From Paragordius varius (taxonomy: Eukaryota > Animalia > Nematomorpha), in contig OZ176053.1 in assembly GCA_964247055.1 (NCBI GenBank), positions 13,516,001 to 13,580,000 on the forward strand: DNA of 64,000 nt, written 5' to 3'. The notes below the pieces were generated by a model, which worked only from the letters and a program-made list of their open reading frames with translations, ran no database searches and was not told the origin of the DNA. This document shows, piece after piece, positions 39,901-53,500 of this stretch (within the stretch, counting starts at the first letter, position 1; every line of letters starts with the position of its first letter). Made by a program: the position numbers and the translations under genes.

Positions 39901-42900
39901 TTAGTAAGACTACATCAAAATATAGAGATAATTTGATAAACTCTTTCATATCCGATTTTTACAACGATACTTTAAAAATTAATGTAAAAAACTAGTCGTA
40001 TCAATAAATCGCATCAATACTCAAGTTAAACTTTGTCCTTAAAAATCGGATATTAGTCGCCGGTAAAGAAAATAATTTTTTATACATTCTATTAATAGGA
40101 CTACATCAAAAAATAGAGATAGTTTGACAAACTCTTTCATATCCAATTTTTACAACGATACTTTAAAAATTATGGTATTAAACCAGTCGCATCAATACTC
40201 AACTTAAACTTTGTCCTTAAAAATCGGATATTGGTCACCGGTGAACAAAACTATTTTTTATACGTTCTCTTAGTAAGACTACATCAAAATATAGAGATAG
40301 TTTGACAAACTCTTTCATATCCCATTTTTACAACGATACTTTAAAAATTAATGTATAAAACTAGTCGTATCAATAAATCGTATACATACTCAAGTTAAAC
40401 TTTGTCCTTAAAAATCGGATATTGGTCACCGGTGAACAAAATTATTTTTTATACATTCTCTTAGTAGGATTACATCAAAATATAGAGATAGTTTGGCAAA
40501 CTCTTTCATATCCGATTTTTACAACGATACTTTAAAAATTAATGTATAAAACTAGTCGTATCAATAAATCGCATCAATACTCAAGTTAAACTTTGTCCTT
40601 AAAAATCGGATATTGGTCACCGATGAACAAAATTATTTTTTATATATTCTCTTAGTCGGACTACATCAAAATATAGAGATAGTTTGGCAAACTCTTTCAT
40701 ATCCGATTTTTACAACGATACTTTAAAAATTAATGTATAAAACTAGTCGCATCAATACTCAAGTTAAACTTTGTCCTTAAAAATCGGATATTGGTCACCG
40801 GTGAACAAAATTATTTTTTATACATTCTCTTAGTAGGACTACATCAAAATATAGAGATAGTTTGGCAAACTCTTTCATATCCGATTTTTACAACGATACT
40901 TAAAAATTAATGTATAAAACTAGTCGTATCAATACTCAAGTTAAACTTTGTCCTTAAAAATCGAATATTGGTCACCAATGAACAAAATTTTTTTTTATTC
41001 ATTCTCTTAGTAAGACTACATCAAAATATAGAGATAGTTTGACAAACTCTTTAATATCCGATTTTTCCAACGATACTTTAAAAATTAATGTATAAAACTA
41101 GTCGCATCAATTATCAAGTTAAACTTTGTCCTTAAAAATCGGATATTGGTCACCGGTGAACAAAATAATTTTTTATACATTCTCTTAGTAAGAGTGCATC
41201 AAAATATAGAGACCGTTTGGCAAACTCTTTCATATCCGATTTTTACAAAGATACTTTAAAAATTAATGTATAAAACTAGTCGCATCAATACTCAAGTTAA
41301 ACTTTGTCCTTTAAAATCGAATATTAGTCACCAGTGAACAAAACTATTTTTTATACATTCACTTATTAAGACTACATCAAAATATAGAGATAGTTTGACA
41401 AACTTTTTCATATCCGATTTTTACAACGATACTTTAAAAATTAATGTATAAAACTAGTCGCATCAATATTCAAGTTAAATTTTGTCCTTAAAAATGGGAT
41501 ATTGGTCACCGGTGAACAAAACTATTTTTTATACATTCTCTTAGTAAGACTACATCAAAATATAGAGATAGTTTGACAAACTCTTTCATATCCGATTTTT
41601 CCAACGATACTTTAAAAATTAATGTATAAAACTAGTCGCATCAATTATCAAGTTAAACTTTGTCCTTAAAAATCGGATATTGGTCACCGGTGAACAAAAT
41701 TATTTTTTATCCATTCTCTTAGTAAGACTGCATCAAAATATAGAGACCGTTTGTCAAACTCTTTCATATCCGATTTTTACAACGATACTTTAAAAATTAA
41801 TGTATAAAACTAGTCGCATCAATACTCAAGTTAAACTTTGTCCTTTAAAATCGAATATTAGTCACCAGTGAACAAAACTATTTTTTATACATTCACTTAT
41901 TAAGACTACATCAAAATATAGAGATAGTTTGACAAACTTTTTCATATCCGATTTTTACAACGATACTTTAAAAATTAATGTATAAAACTAGTCGCATCAA
42001 TATTCAAGTTAAATTTTGTCCTTAAAAATGGGATATTGGTCACCGGTGAACAAAATTTTTTTTTATTCATTCTCTTAGTAAGACTACATCAAAATATAGA
42101 GATAGTTTGACAAACTCTTTAATATCCGATTTTTCCAACGATACTTTAAAAATTAATGTATAAAACTAGTCGTATCAATACTCAAGTTAAACTTTGTCCT
42201 TAAAAATCGGATATTGGTCACCAATGAACAAAATTATTTTTTATTCATTCTCTTAGTAAGACTACATCAAAATATAGAGATAGTTTGGCAAACTCTTTCA
42301 TATCCGATTTTTACAACGATATTTAAAAATTAATGTATAAAACTAGTCGTATCAATACTCAAGTTAAACTTTGTCCTTAAAAATCGAATATTGGTCACCA
42401 ATGAACAAAATTATTTTTTATTCATTCTCTTAGTAAGACTACATCAAAATATAGAGATAGTTTGACAAACTCTTTAATATCCGATTTTTCCAACGATACT
42501 TTAAAAATTAATGTATAAAACTAGTCGCATCAATTATCAAGTTAAACTTTGTCCTTTAAAATCGAATATTAGTCACCAGTGAACAAAACTATTTTTTATA
42601 CATTCACTTAGTAAGACTACATCAAAATATAGAGATAGTTTCACAAACTTTTTCATATCCGATTTTTACAACGATACTTTAAAAATTAATGTATAAAACT
42701 AGTCGCATCAATATTCAAGTTAAATTTTGTCCTTAAAAATGGGATATTGGTCACCGGTGAACAAAACTATTTTTTATACATTCTCTTAGTAAGACTACAT
42801 CAAAATATAGAGATAGTTTCACAAACTCTTTAATATCCGATTTTTACAACGATACTTTAAAAATTAATGTATAAAACTAGTCGCATCAATACTCAAGTTA

Positions 42901-45900
42901 AATTTTGTCCTTAAAAATGGGATATTGGTCACCGGTGAACAAAACTATTTTTATACATTCTCTTAGTAAAACTACATCAAAATATAGAGATAGTTTGACA
43001 AACTTTTTCATATCCGATTTTTACAACGATACTTTAAAAATTAATGTATAAAACTAGTCGCATCAATATTCAAGTTAAATTTTGTCCTTAAAAATGGGAT
43101 ATTGGTCACCGGTGAACAAAACTATTTTTTATACATTCTCTTAGTAAGACTACATCAAAATATAGAGATAGTTTGACAAACTCTTTCATATCCGATTTTT
43201 ACAACGATACTTTAAAAATAATGTATAAAACTAGTCGCATCAATACTCAAGCTAAACTTTGTCCTTAAAAATGGGATATTAGTCACCGGTGAACAAAACT
43301 ATTTTTTATGCATTCTCTTATTAAGACTACATCAAAATATAGAGATAGTTGACCTCTTTCATATCCGATTTTTACAACGATACTTTAAAAATTAATGTAT
43401 AAAACTAGTGGCATCAATACTCAAGTTAAACTTTGTCCTTAAAAATCGGGAATTGGTCACCGGTCAAAATTATTTTTTATACATTCTCTTAGTAAGACTG
43501 CATCAAAATATAAAGATAGTTTGACAAACTCTCTAATATCTGATTTTTACAACGATACTTTAAAAATTAATGTATAATTTAGCATACGACAATATTCAAG
43601 TTAAACTTTGTCCTTAAAAATCGGATATTGGTAACCGATGAACGAAACTATTTTCTATACATTCTCTTAGAAGGACTACATCAAAATATAGAGATAGTTT
43701 GACAAACTCTTTTATATCCTTTTACAACGATACTCTATAAATTAATGTATAAAACTAGTAGCATCAATACTCAAGCTAAACTTTGTCCTTAAAAATGGGA
43801 CATTGATCACCGGTGAACAAAATTATTTTTTATACATTCTCTTAGTAAGACTACATCAAAATATAGGTATAGTCTGACAAACTCTTTCATATCCGATTTT
43901 TACAATACTTTAAAAATTAATGTATAAAACTAGTCGCATCAATACTCAAGTTAAAGTTTGTCCTTAAAAATCGGATATTGGTCAACGGTGAACAAAATTA
44001 TTTTTTATACATTCTATTAATAGGACTACATCAAATTATAGAGATAGTTTGACAAACTTTTTCATATCAAATTTTTACAACGATACTTTAAAAATTAATG
44101 TATAATTTAGCATACGACAATATTCAACTTAAACTTTGTTCTTAAAAATCGGATATTGGTAACCGATGAACGAAACTATTTTCTATACATTCTAGAAGGA
44201 CTACATCAAAATATAGAGATAGTTTGACAAACTCTTTTATATCCTTTTACAACGATACTTTAAAAATTTTGTAGAAAACTAGTCGCATCAATACTCAAGC
44301 TAAACTTTGTCCTTAAAAATGGGATATTGGTCACCGGTGAACAAAATTATTTTTTATACATTCTCTTAGTAAGACTACATCAAAATATAGACATAGTTTG
44401 ACAAACTCTTTCATATCCGATTTTTACAACGATACTTTAAAAATTAATGTATAAAACTAGTCGCATCACTACTCAAGCTAAACTTTGTCCTTAAAAATAG
44501 GATATTGGTCACCGGTAAACAAAACTATTTTTTATGCATTCTCTTAGTAAGACTACATCAAAATATAGAGATAGTTTGACAAACTCTTTCATATCCGATT
44601 TTTACAATGATACTTTAAAAATTAATGTATAAAACTAGTCGCATCAATACTCAAGTTAAATTTTGTCCTTAAAATGGGATATTGGTCACCGGTGAAAAAA
44701 CTATTTTTTATACATTCTCTTAGTAAGACTACATTAAAATATAGAGATAGTTTGACAAACTCTTTCATATCCGATTTTTACAACGATACTTTAAAAATTA
44801 ATGTATAAAACTAGTCGCATCAATACTCAAGTTAAATTTTGTCCTTAAAAATGGGATATTCGTCACCGGTGAACAAAACTATTTTTTATACATTCTCTTA
44901 GTAAGACTACATTAAAATATAGAGATAGTTTGACAAACTCTTTCATATCCGATTTTTACAACGATACTTTAAAAATTAATGTATAAAACTAGTCGCATCA
45001 ATACTCAAGTTAAACTTTGTCAAAAATCGGATATTGGTCACCGGTGAACAAAACTATTTTTTATACATTCTTTTAGTAAGACTACATCAAAATATAGAGA
45101 TAGTTTGACAAACTCTTTAATATCTGATTTTTACAACGATACTTTAAAAATTAATGTATAATTTAGCATACGACAATATTCAAGTAAATTTTGTCCTTAA
45201 AAATCAAATATTGGTGACCGGTGAAGGAAACTATTTTCTATACATTCTCTTAGAAGGACTACATCAAAATATAGAGATAGTTTGACAAACTCTTTTATAT
45301 CCGATTTTTACAACGATACTTTAAAAATTAATGTATAAAACTAGTCGCATCAATACTCAAGTTAAATTTTGTCCTTAAAATGGGATATTGGTCACCGGTG
45401 AAAGAGCTATTTTTTATACATTCTCTTAGTAAGACTACATTAAAATATAGAGATAGTTTGACAAACTCTTTCATATCCGATTTTTACAACGATACTTTAA
45501 AATTTAATGTATATAACTAGTCGCATCAATACTCAAGTTAAATTTTGTCCTTAAAACTGGGATATTGGTCACCGGTGAACAAAACTATTTTTTATACATT
45601 CTCTTACTAAGACTACATTAAAATATAGAGATAGTTTGACAAATTCTTTCATATCCGATTTTTACAACGATACTTTAAAAATTAATGTCTAATTTAGCAT
45701 ACGACAATATTCAAGTTAAACTTTGTCCTTAAAAATGGGATATTGGTCACCGGTGAAAGAACTATTTTTTATACATTCTCTTAGTAAGACTACATTAAAA
45801 TATAGAGATAGTTTGACAAACTCTTTCATATCCGATTTTTACAACGATACTTGAAAAAATTAATGTATAAAACTAGTCGTATCAATACTCAAGTTAAACT

Positions 45901-47599
45901 TTGTCCTTAAAAATCGGATATTGGTCACCGGTGAACAAAACTATTTTTTATACATTCTTTTAGTAAGACTACATCAAAATAAGAGATAGTTTGAATAACT
46001 CTTTCATATCCGATTTTTACAATACTTTAAAAATTAATGTAGAAAACTAGTCGCATCAATACTCAAGCTAAACTTTGTCCTTAAAAATGGGATATTGGTC
46101 ACCGGTAAACAAAACTATTTTTTATGCATTCTCTTAGTAAGACTACATCAAAATATAGAGATAGTTTGACAAACTCTTTCATATCCGATTTTTACAACGA
46201 TACTTTAAAAATTAATGTATAAAACTAGTCGCATCAATACTCAAGTTAAATTTTGTCCTTAAAATGGGATATTGGTCACCGGTGAAAGAACTATTTTTTA
46301 TACATTCTCTTAGTAAGACTACATTAAAATATAGAGATAGTTTGACAAACTCTTTCATATCCGATTTTTACAACGATACTTTAAAATTTAATGTATATAA
46401 CTAGTCGCATCAATACTCAAGTTAAATTTTGTCCTTAAAACTGGGATATTGGTCACCGGTGAACAAAACTATTTTTTATACATTCTCTTACTAAGACTAC
46501 ATTAAAATATAGAGATAGTTTGACAAATTCTTTCATATCCGATTTTTACAACGATACTTTAAAAATTAATGTCTAATTTAGCATACGACAATATTCAAGT
46601 TAAACTTTGTCCTTAAAAATCGGATATTGGTGACCGGTGAACGAAACTATTTTCTATACATTCTCTTAGAAGGACTACATTAAAATATAGAGATAGTTTG
46701 ACAAACTCTTTCATATCCGATTTTTACAACGATACTTGAAAAATTAATGTATGATTTAGCATACGACAATATTCAAGTTAAACTTTGTCCTTAAAAATCG
46801 GATATTGGTGACCGGTGAACGAAACTATTTTCTATACATTCTCTTAGAAGGACTACATTAAAATATAGAGATAGTTTGACAAACTCTTTCATATCCGATT
46901 TTTACAACGATACTTGAAAAAATTAATGTATAAAACTAGTCGTATCAATACTCAAGTTAAACTTTGTCCTTAAAAATCGGATATTGGTCACCAGTGAACA
47001 AAATTATTTTTTATACATTCTCTTAGTAAGAAATATAGAGATAGTTTGTCAAACTCTTTTCATATCCAATTTTTACAACGATACTTTAAAAATTTATGTA
47101 TGATTTAGCATACGACAATATTCAAGTTAAACTTTGTCCTTAAAAATCGGATATTGGTGACCGGTGAACGAAACTATTTTCTATACATTCTCTTAGAAGG
47201 ACTACATTAAAATATAGAGATAGTTTGACAAACTCTTTCATATCCGATTTTTACAACGATACTTTAAAAATTAATGTATAAAACTAGTCGCATCAATACT
47301 CAAGTTAAATTTTGTCCTTAAAACTGGGATATTGGTCACCGGTGAACAAAACTATTTTTTATACATTCTCTTACTAAGACTACATTAAAATATAGAGATA
47401 GTTTGACAAACTCTTTCATATCCGATTTTTACAACGATACTTGAAAAAATTAATGTATAAAACTAGTCGTATCAATACTCAAGTTAAACTTTGTCCTTAA
47501 AAATCGGATATTGGTCACCAGTGAACAAAATTATTTTTTATACATTCTCTTAGTAAGAAATATAGAGATAGTTTGTCAAACTCTTTTCATATCCAATTT

Positions 47600-50500
47600 T
47601 TACAACGATACTTTAAAAATTTATGTATGATTTAGCATACGACAATATTCAAGTTAAACTTTGTCCTTAATCGGATATTGGTGACCGGTGAACGAAACTA
47701 TTTTCTATACATTCTCTTAGAAGGACTACATTAAAATATAGAGATAGTTTGACAAACTCTTTCATATCCGATTTTTACAACGATACTTGAAAAAATTGAT
47801 GTATAAAAATAGTCGTATCAATACTCAAGTTAAACTTTGTCCTTAAAAATCGGATATTGGTCACCAGTGAACAAAATTATTTTTTATACATTCTCTTAGT
47901 AAGAAATATAGAGATAGTTTGACAAACTCTTTCATATCCGATTTTTACAACGATACTTTAAAAATTAATGTATAAAACTAGTCATATCAATAAATCGCAT
48001 CAATACTCAAGTTAAACTTTGTCCTTAAAAATCGGATATTGGTCACCGGTGAACAAAATTATTTTTTATACATTCTCTTTAAGACTACATCAAAATATAG
48101 AGATAGTTTGACAAACTCTTTAATATCTGATTTTTAGAGCGATACTTTAAAAATTAATGTATAATTTAGCATACGACAATAAGCAAGTTAAACTTTGTCC
48201 TTAAAAATCGGATATTAGTCGCCGGTAAAGAAAATAATCTTTTATACATTCTCTTAGTAGTACTACATCAAAATATAGAGATAGTTTGACAAACTCTTTA
48301 ATATCTGATTTTTAGAGCGATACTTTAAAAATTAATGTATAATTTAGCATACGACAATATTCAAGTTAAACTTTGTCCTTAAAAATCGGATATTGGTGAC
48401 CGGTGAACGAAACTATTTTCTATACATTCTCTTAGAAGGACTACATTAAAATATAGAGATAGTTTGACAAACTCTTTCATATCCGATTTTTACAACGATA
48501 CTTGAAAAAATTGATGTATAAAAATCGTATCAATACTCAAGTTAAACTTTGTCCTTAAAAATCGGATATTGGTCACCAGTGAACAAAATTATTTTTTATA
48601 CATTCTCTTAGTAAGAAATATAGAGATAGTTTGACAAACTCTTTCATATCCGATTTTTACAACGATACTTTAAAAATTAATGTATAAAACTAGTCGCATC
48701 AATACTCAAGTTAAATTTTGTCCTTAAAACTGGGATATTGGTCACCGGTGAACAAAACTATTTTTTATACATTCTCTTACTAAGACTACATTAAAATATA
48801 GAGATAGTTTGACAAATTCTTTCATATCCGATTTTTACAACGATACTTTAAAAATTAATGAATAAAACTAGTCGCATCAATACTCAATTTAAACTTTGTC
48901 AAAAATCGGATATTGGTCACCGGTGAACAAAACTATTTTTTATAATTCTTTTAGTAAGACTACATCAAAATATAGAGATAGTTTGACAAACTCTTTAATA
49001 TCTGATTTTTACAACGATACTTTAAAAATTAATGTCTAATTTAGCATACGACAATATTCAAGTTAAACTTTGTCCTTAAAAATCGGATATTGGTGACCGG
49101 TGAACGAAACTATTTTCTATACATTCTCTTAGAAGGACTACATTAAAATATAGAGATAGTTTGACAAACTCTTTCATATCCGATTTTTACAACGATACTT
49201 GAAAAATTAATGTATGATTTAGCATACGACAATATTCAAGTTAAACTTTGTCCTTAAAAATCGGATATTGGTGACCGGTGAACGAAACTATTTTCTATAC
49301 ATTCTCTTAGAAGGACTACATTAAAATATAGAGATAGTTTGACAAACTCTTTCATATCCGATTTTTACAACGATACTTGAAAAAATTAATGTATAAAACT
49401 AGTCGTATCAATACTCAAGTTAAACTTTGTCCTTAAAAATCGGATATTGGTCACCAGTGAACAAAATTATTTTTTATACATTCTCTTAGTAAGAAATATA
49501 GAGATAGTTTGTCAAACTCTTTTCATATCCGATTTTTACAACGATACTTTAAAAATTAATGTATGATTTAGCATACGACAATATTCAAGTTAAACTTTGT
49601 CCTTAAAAATCGGATATTGGTGACCGGTGAACGAAACTATTTTCTATACATTCTCTTAGAAGGACTACATTAAAATATAGAGATAGTTTGACAAACTCTT
49701 TCATATCCGATTTTTACAACGATACTTGAAAAAATTGATGTATGAAAATCGTATCAATACTCAAGTTAAACTTTGTCCTTAAAAATCGGATATTGGTCAC
49801 CAGTGAATAAAATTATTTTTTATACATTCTCTTAGTAAGAAATATAGAGATAGTTTGACAAACTCTTTCATATCCGATTTTTACAACGATACTTTAAAAA
49901 TTAATGTATAAAACTAGTCATATCAATAAATCGCATCAATACTCAAGTTAAACTTTGTCCTTAAAAATCGGATATTGGTCACCGGTGAACAAAATTATTT
50001 TTTATACATTCTCTTTAAGACTACATCAAAATATAGAGATAGTTTGACAAACTCTTTAATATCTGATTTTTAGAGCGATACTTTAAAAATTAATGTATAA
50101 TTTAGCATACGACAATAAGCAAGTTAAACTTTGTCCTTAAAAATCGGATATTAGTCGCCGGTAAAGAAAATAATCTTTTATACATTCTCTTAGTAGTACT
50201 ACATCAAAATATGGAGATAGTTTGACAAACTCTTTAATATCTGATTTTTAGAGCGATACTTTAAAAATTAATGTATAATTTAGCATACGAGAATAAGCAA
50301 GTTAAACTTTGTCCTTAAAAATCGGATATTGGTCTCCGGTGAACAAAATTATTTTTTATACATTCTATTATTAAGATACATCAAAATATAGAGATAGTTT
50401 GACTAACTCTTTCATATCCGATTTTTACAACGATACTTTTAAAATTAATGTATAAAACTAATCGCATCAATACTCAAGTTAAACTTTGTCCTTAACAATC

Positions 50501-53500
50501 GGATATTGGTCTTTGGTGAACAAAATTATTTTTTATACATTCTCTTATTAAGACTACATCAAAATATAGAGATAGTTTGACAAACTCTTTCATATCCGAT
50601 TTTTACAACGATACTTTAAAAATTATTGTATAAAACTAGTCGCATCAATACTCAAGTTAAACTTTGTCCTTAAAAATCGGATATTGGTCACCAGTGAACA
50701 AAATTATTTTTTATACATTCTCTTAGTAAGAAATATAGAGATAGTTTGACAAACTCTTTCATATCCGATTTTTACAACGATACTTTAAAAATTAATGTAT
50801 AAAACTAGTCGCATCAATACTCAAGTTAAATTTTGTCCTTAAAAATGGGATATTGGTCACCGGTGAACAAAACTATTTTTTATACATTCTCTTAGTACGA
50901 CTACATTAAAATATAGAGATAGTTTGACAAATTCTTTCATATCCGATTTTTACAACGATACTTTAAAAATTAATGTATAAAACTAGTCGCATCAATACTC
51001 AAGTTAAACTTTGTCAAAAATCGGATATTGGTCACCGGTGAACAAAACTATTTTTTATAATTCTTTTAGTAAGACTACATCAAAATATAGAGATAGTTTG
51101 ACAAACTCTTTAATATCTGATTTTTACAACGATACTTTAAAAATTAATGTATGATTTAGCATACGACAATATTCAAGTTAAACTTTGTCCTTAAAAATCG
51201 GATATTGGTGACCGGTGAACGAAACTATTTTCTATACATTCTCTTAGAAGGACTACATTAAAATATAGAGATAGTTTGACAAACTCTTTCATATCCGATT
51301 TTTACAACGATACTTGAAAAAATTAATGTATAAAACTAGTCGTATCAATACTCAAGTTAAACTTTGTCCTTAAAAATCGGATATTGGTCACCAGTGAACA
51401 AAATTATTTTTTATACATTCTCTTAGTAAGAAATATAGAGATAGTTTGACAAACTCTTTCATATCCGATTTTTACAACGATACTTTAAAAATTAATATAT
51501 AAAACTAGTCGTATCAATAAATCGCATCAATACTCAAGTTAAACTTTGTCCTTAAAAATCGGATATTGGTCACCGGTGAACAAAATTATTTTTTATACAT
51601 TCTCTTATTAAGACTACATCAAAATATAGAGATAGTTTGACAAACTCTTTCATATCCGATTTTTACAACGATACTTTAAAAATTTATGTATGATTTAGCA
51701 TACGACAATATTCAAGTTAAACTTTGTCCTTAAAAATCGGATATTGGTGACCGGTGAACGAAACTATTTTCTATACATTCTCTTAGAAGGACTACATTAA
51801 AATATAGAGATAGTTTGACAAACTCTTTCATATCCGATTTTTACAACGATACTTGAAAAAATTGATGTATAAAAATAGTCGTATCAATACTCAAGTTAAA
51901 CTTTGTCCTTAAAAATCGGATATTGGTCACCAGTGAACAAAATTATTTTTTATACATTCTCTTAGTAAGAAATATAGAGATAGTTTGACAAACTCTTTCA
52001 TATCCGATTTTTACAACGATACTTTAAAAATTAATGTATAAAACTAGTCATATCAATAAATCGCATCAATACTCAAGTTAAACTTTGTCCTTAAAAATCG
52101 GATATTGGTCACCGGTGAACAAAATTATTTTTTATACATTCTCTTTAAGACTACATCAAAATATAGAGATAGTTTGACAAACTCTTTAATATCTGATTTT
52201 TAGAGCGATACTTTAAAAATTAATGTATAATTTAGCATACGACAATAAGCAAGTTAAACTTTGTCCTTAAAAATCGGATATTAGTCGCCGGTAAAGAAAA
52301 TAATCTTTTATACATTCTCTTAGTAGTACTACATTAAAATATAGAGATAGTTTGACAAACTCTTTAATATCTGATTTTTAGAGCGATACTTTAAAAATTA
52401 ATGTATAATTTAGCATACGACAATATTCAAGTTAAACTTTGTCCTTAAAAATCGGATATTGGTGACCGGTGAACGAAACTATTTTCTATACATTCTCTTA
52501 GAAGGACTACATTAAAATATAGAGATAGTTTGACAAACTCTTTCATATCCGATTTTTACAACGATACTTGAAAAAATTGATGTATAAAAATCGTATCAAT
52601 ACTCAAGTTAAACTTTGTCCTTAAAAATCGGATATTGGTCACCAGTGAACAAAATTATTTTTTATACATTCTCTTAGTAAGAAATATAGAGATAGTTTGA
52701 CAAACTCTTTCATATCCGATTTTTACAACGATACTTTAAAAATTAATGTATAAAACTAGTCGCATCAATACTCAAGTTAAATTTTGTCCTTAAAACTGGG
52801 ATATTGGTCACCGGTGAACAAAACTATTTTTTATACATTCTCTTACTAAGACTACATTAAAATATAGAGATAGTTTGACAAATTCTTTCATATCCGATTT
52901 TTACAACGATACTTTAAAAATTAATGAATAAAACTAGTCGCATCAATACTCAATTTAAACTTTGTCAAAAATCGGATATTGGTCACCGGTGAACAAAACT
53001 ATTTTTTATAATTCTTTTAGTAAGACTACATCAAAATATAGAGATAGTTTGACAAACTCTTTAATATCTGATTTTTACAACGATACTTTAAAAATTAATG
53101 TCTAATTTAGCATACGACAATATTCAAGTTAAACTTTGTCCTTAAAAATCGGATATTGGTGACCGGTGAACGAAACTATTTTCTATACATTCTCTTAGAA
53201 GGACTACATTAAAATATAGAGATAGTTTGACAAACTCTTTCATATCCGATTTTTACAACGATACTTGAAAAATTAATGTATGATTTAGCATACGACAATA
53301 TTCAAGTTAAACTTTGTCCTTAAAAATCGGATATTGGTGACCGGTGAACGAAACTATTTTCTATACATTCTCTTAGAAGGACTACATTAAAATATAGAGA
53401 TAGTTTGACAAACTCTTTCATATCCGATTTTTACAACGATACTTGAAAAAATTAATGTATAAAACTAGTCGTATCAATACTCAAGTTAAACTTTGTCCTT

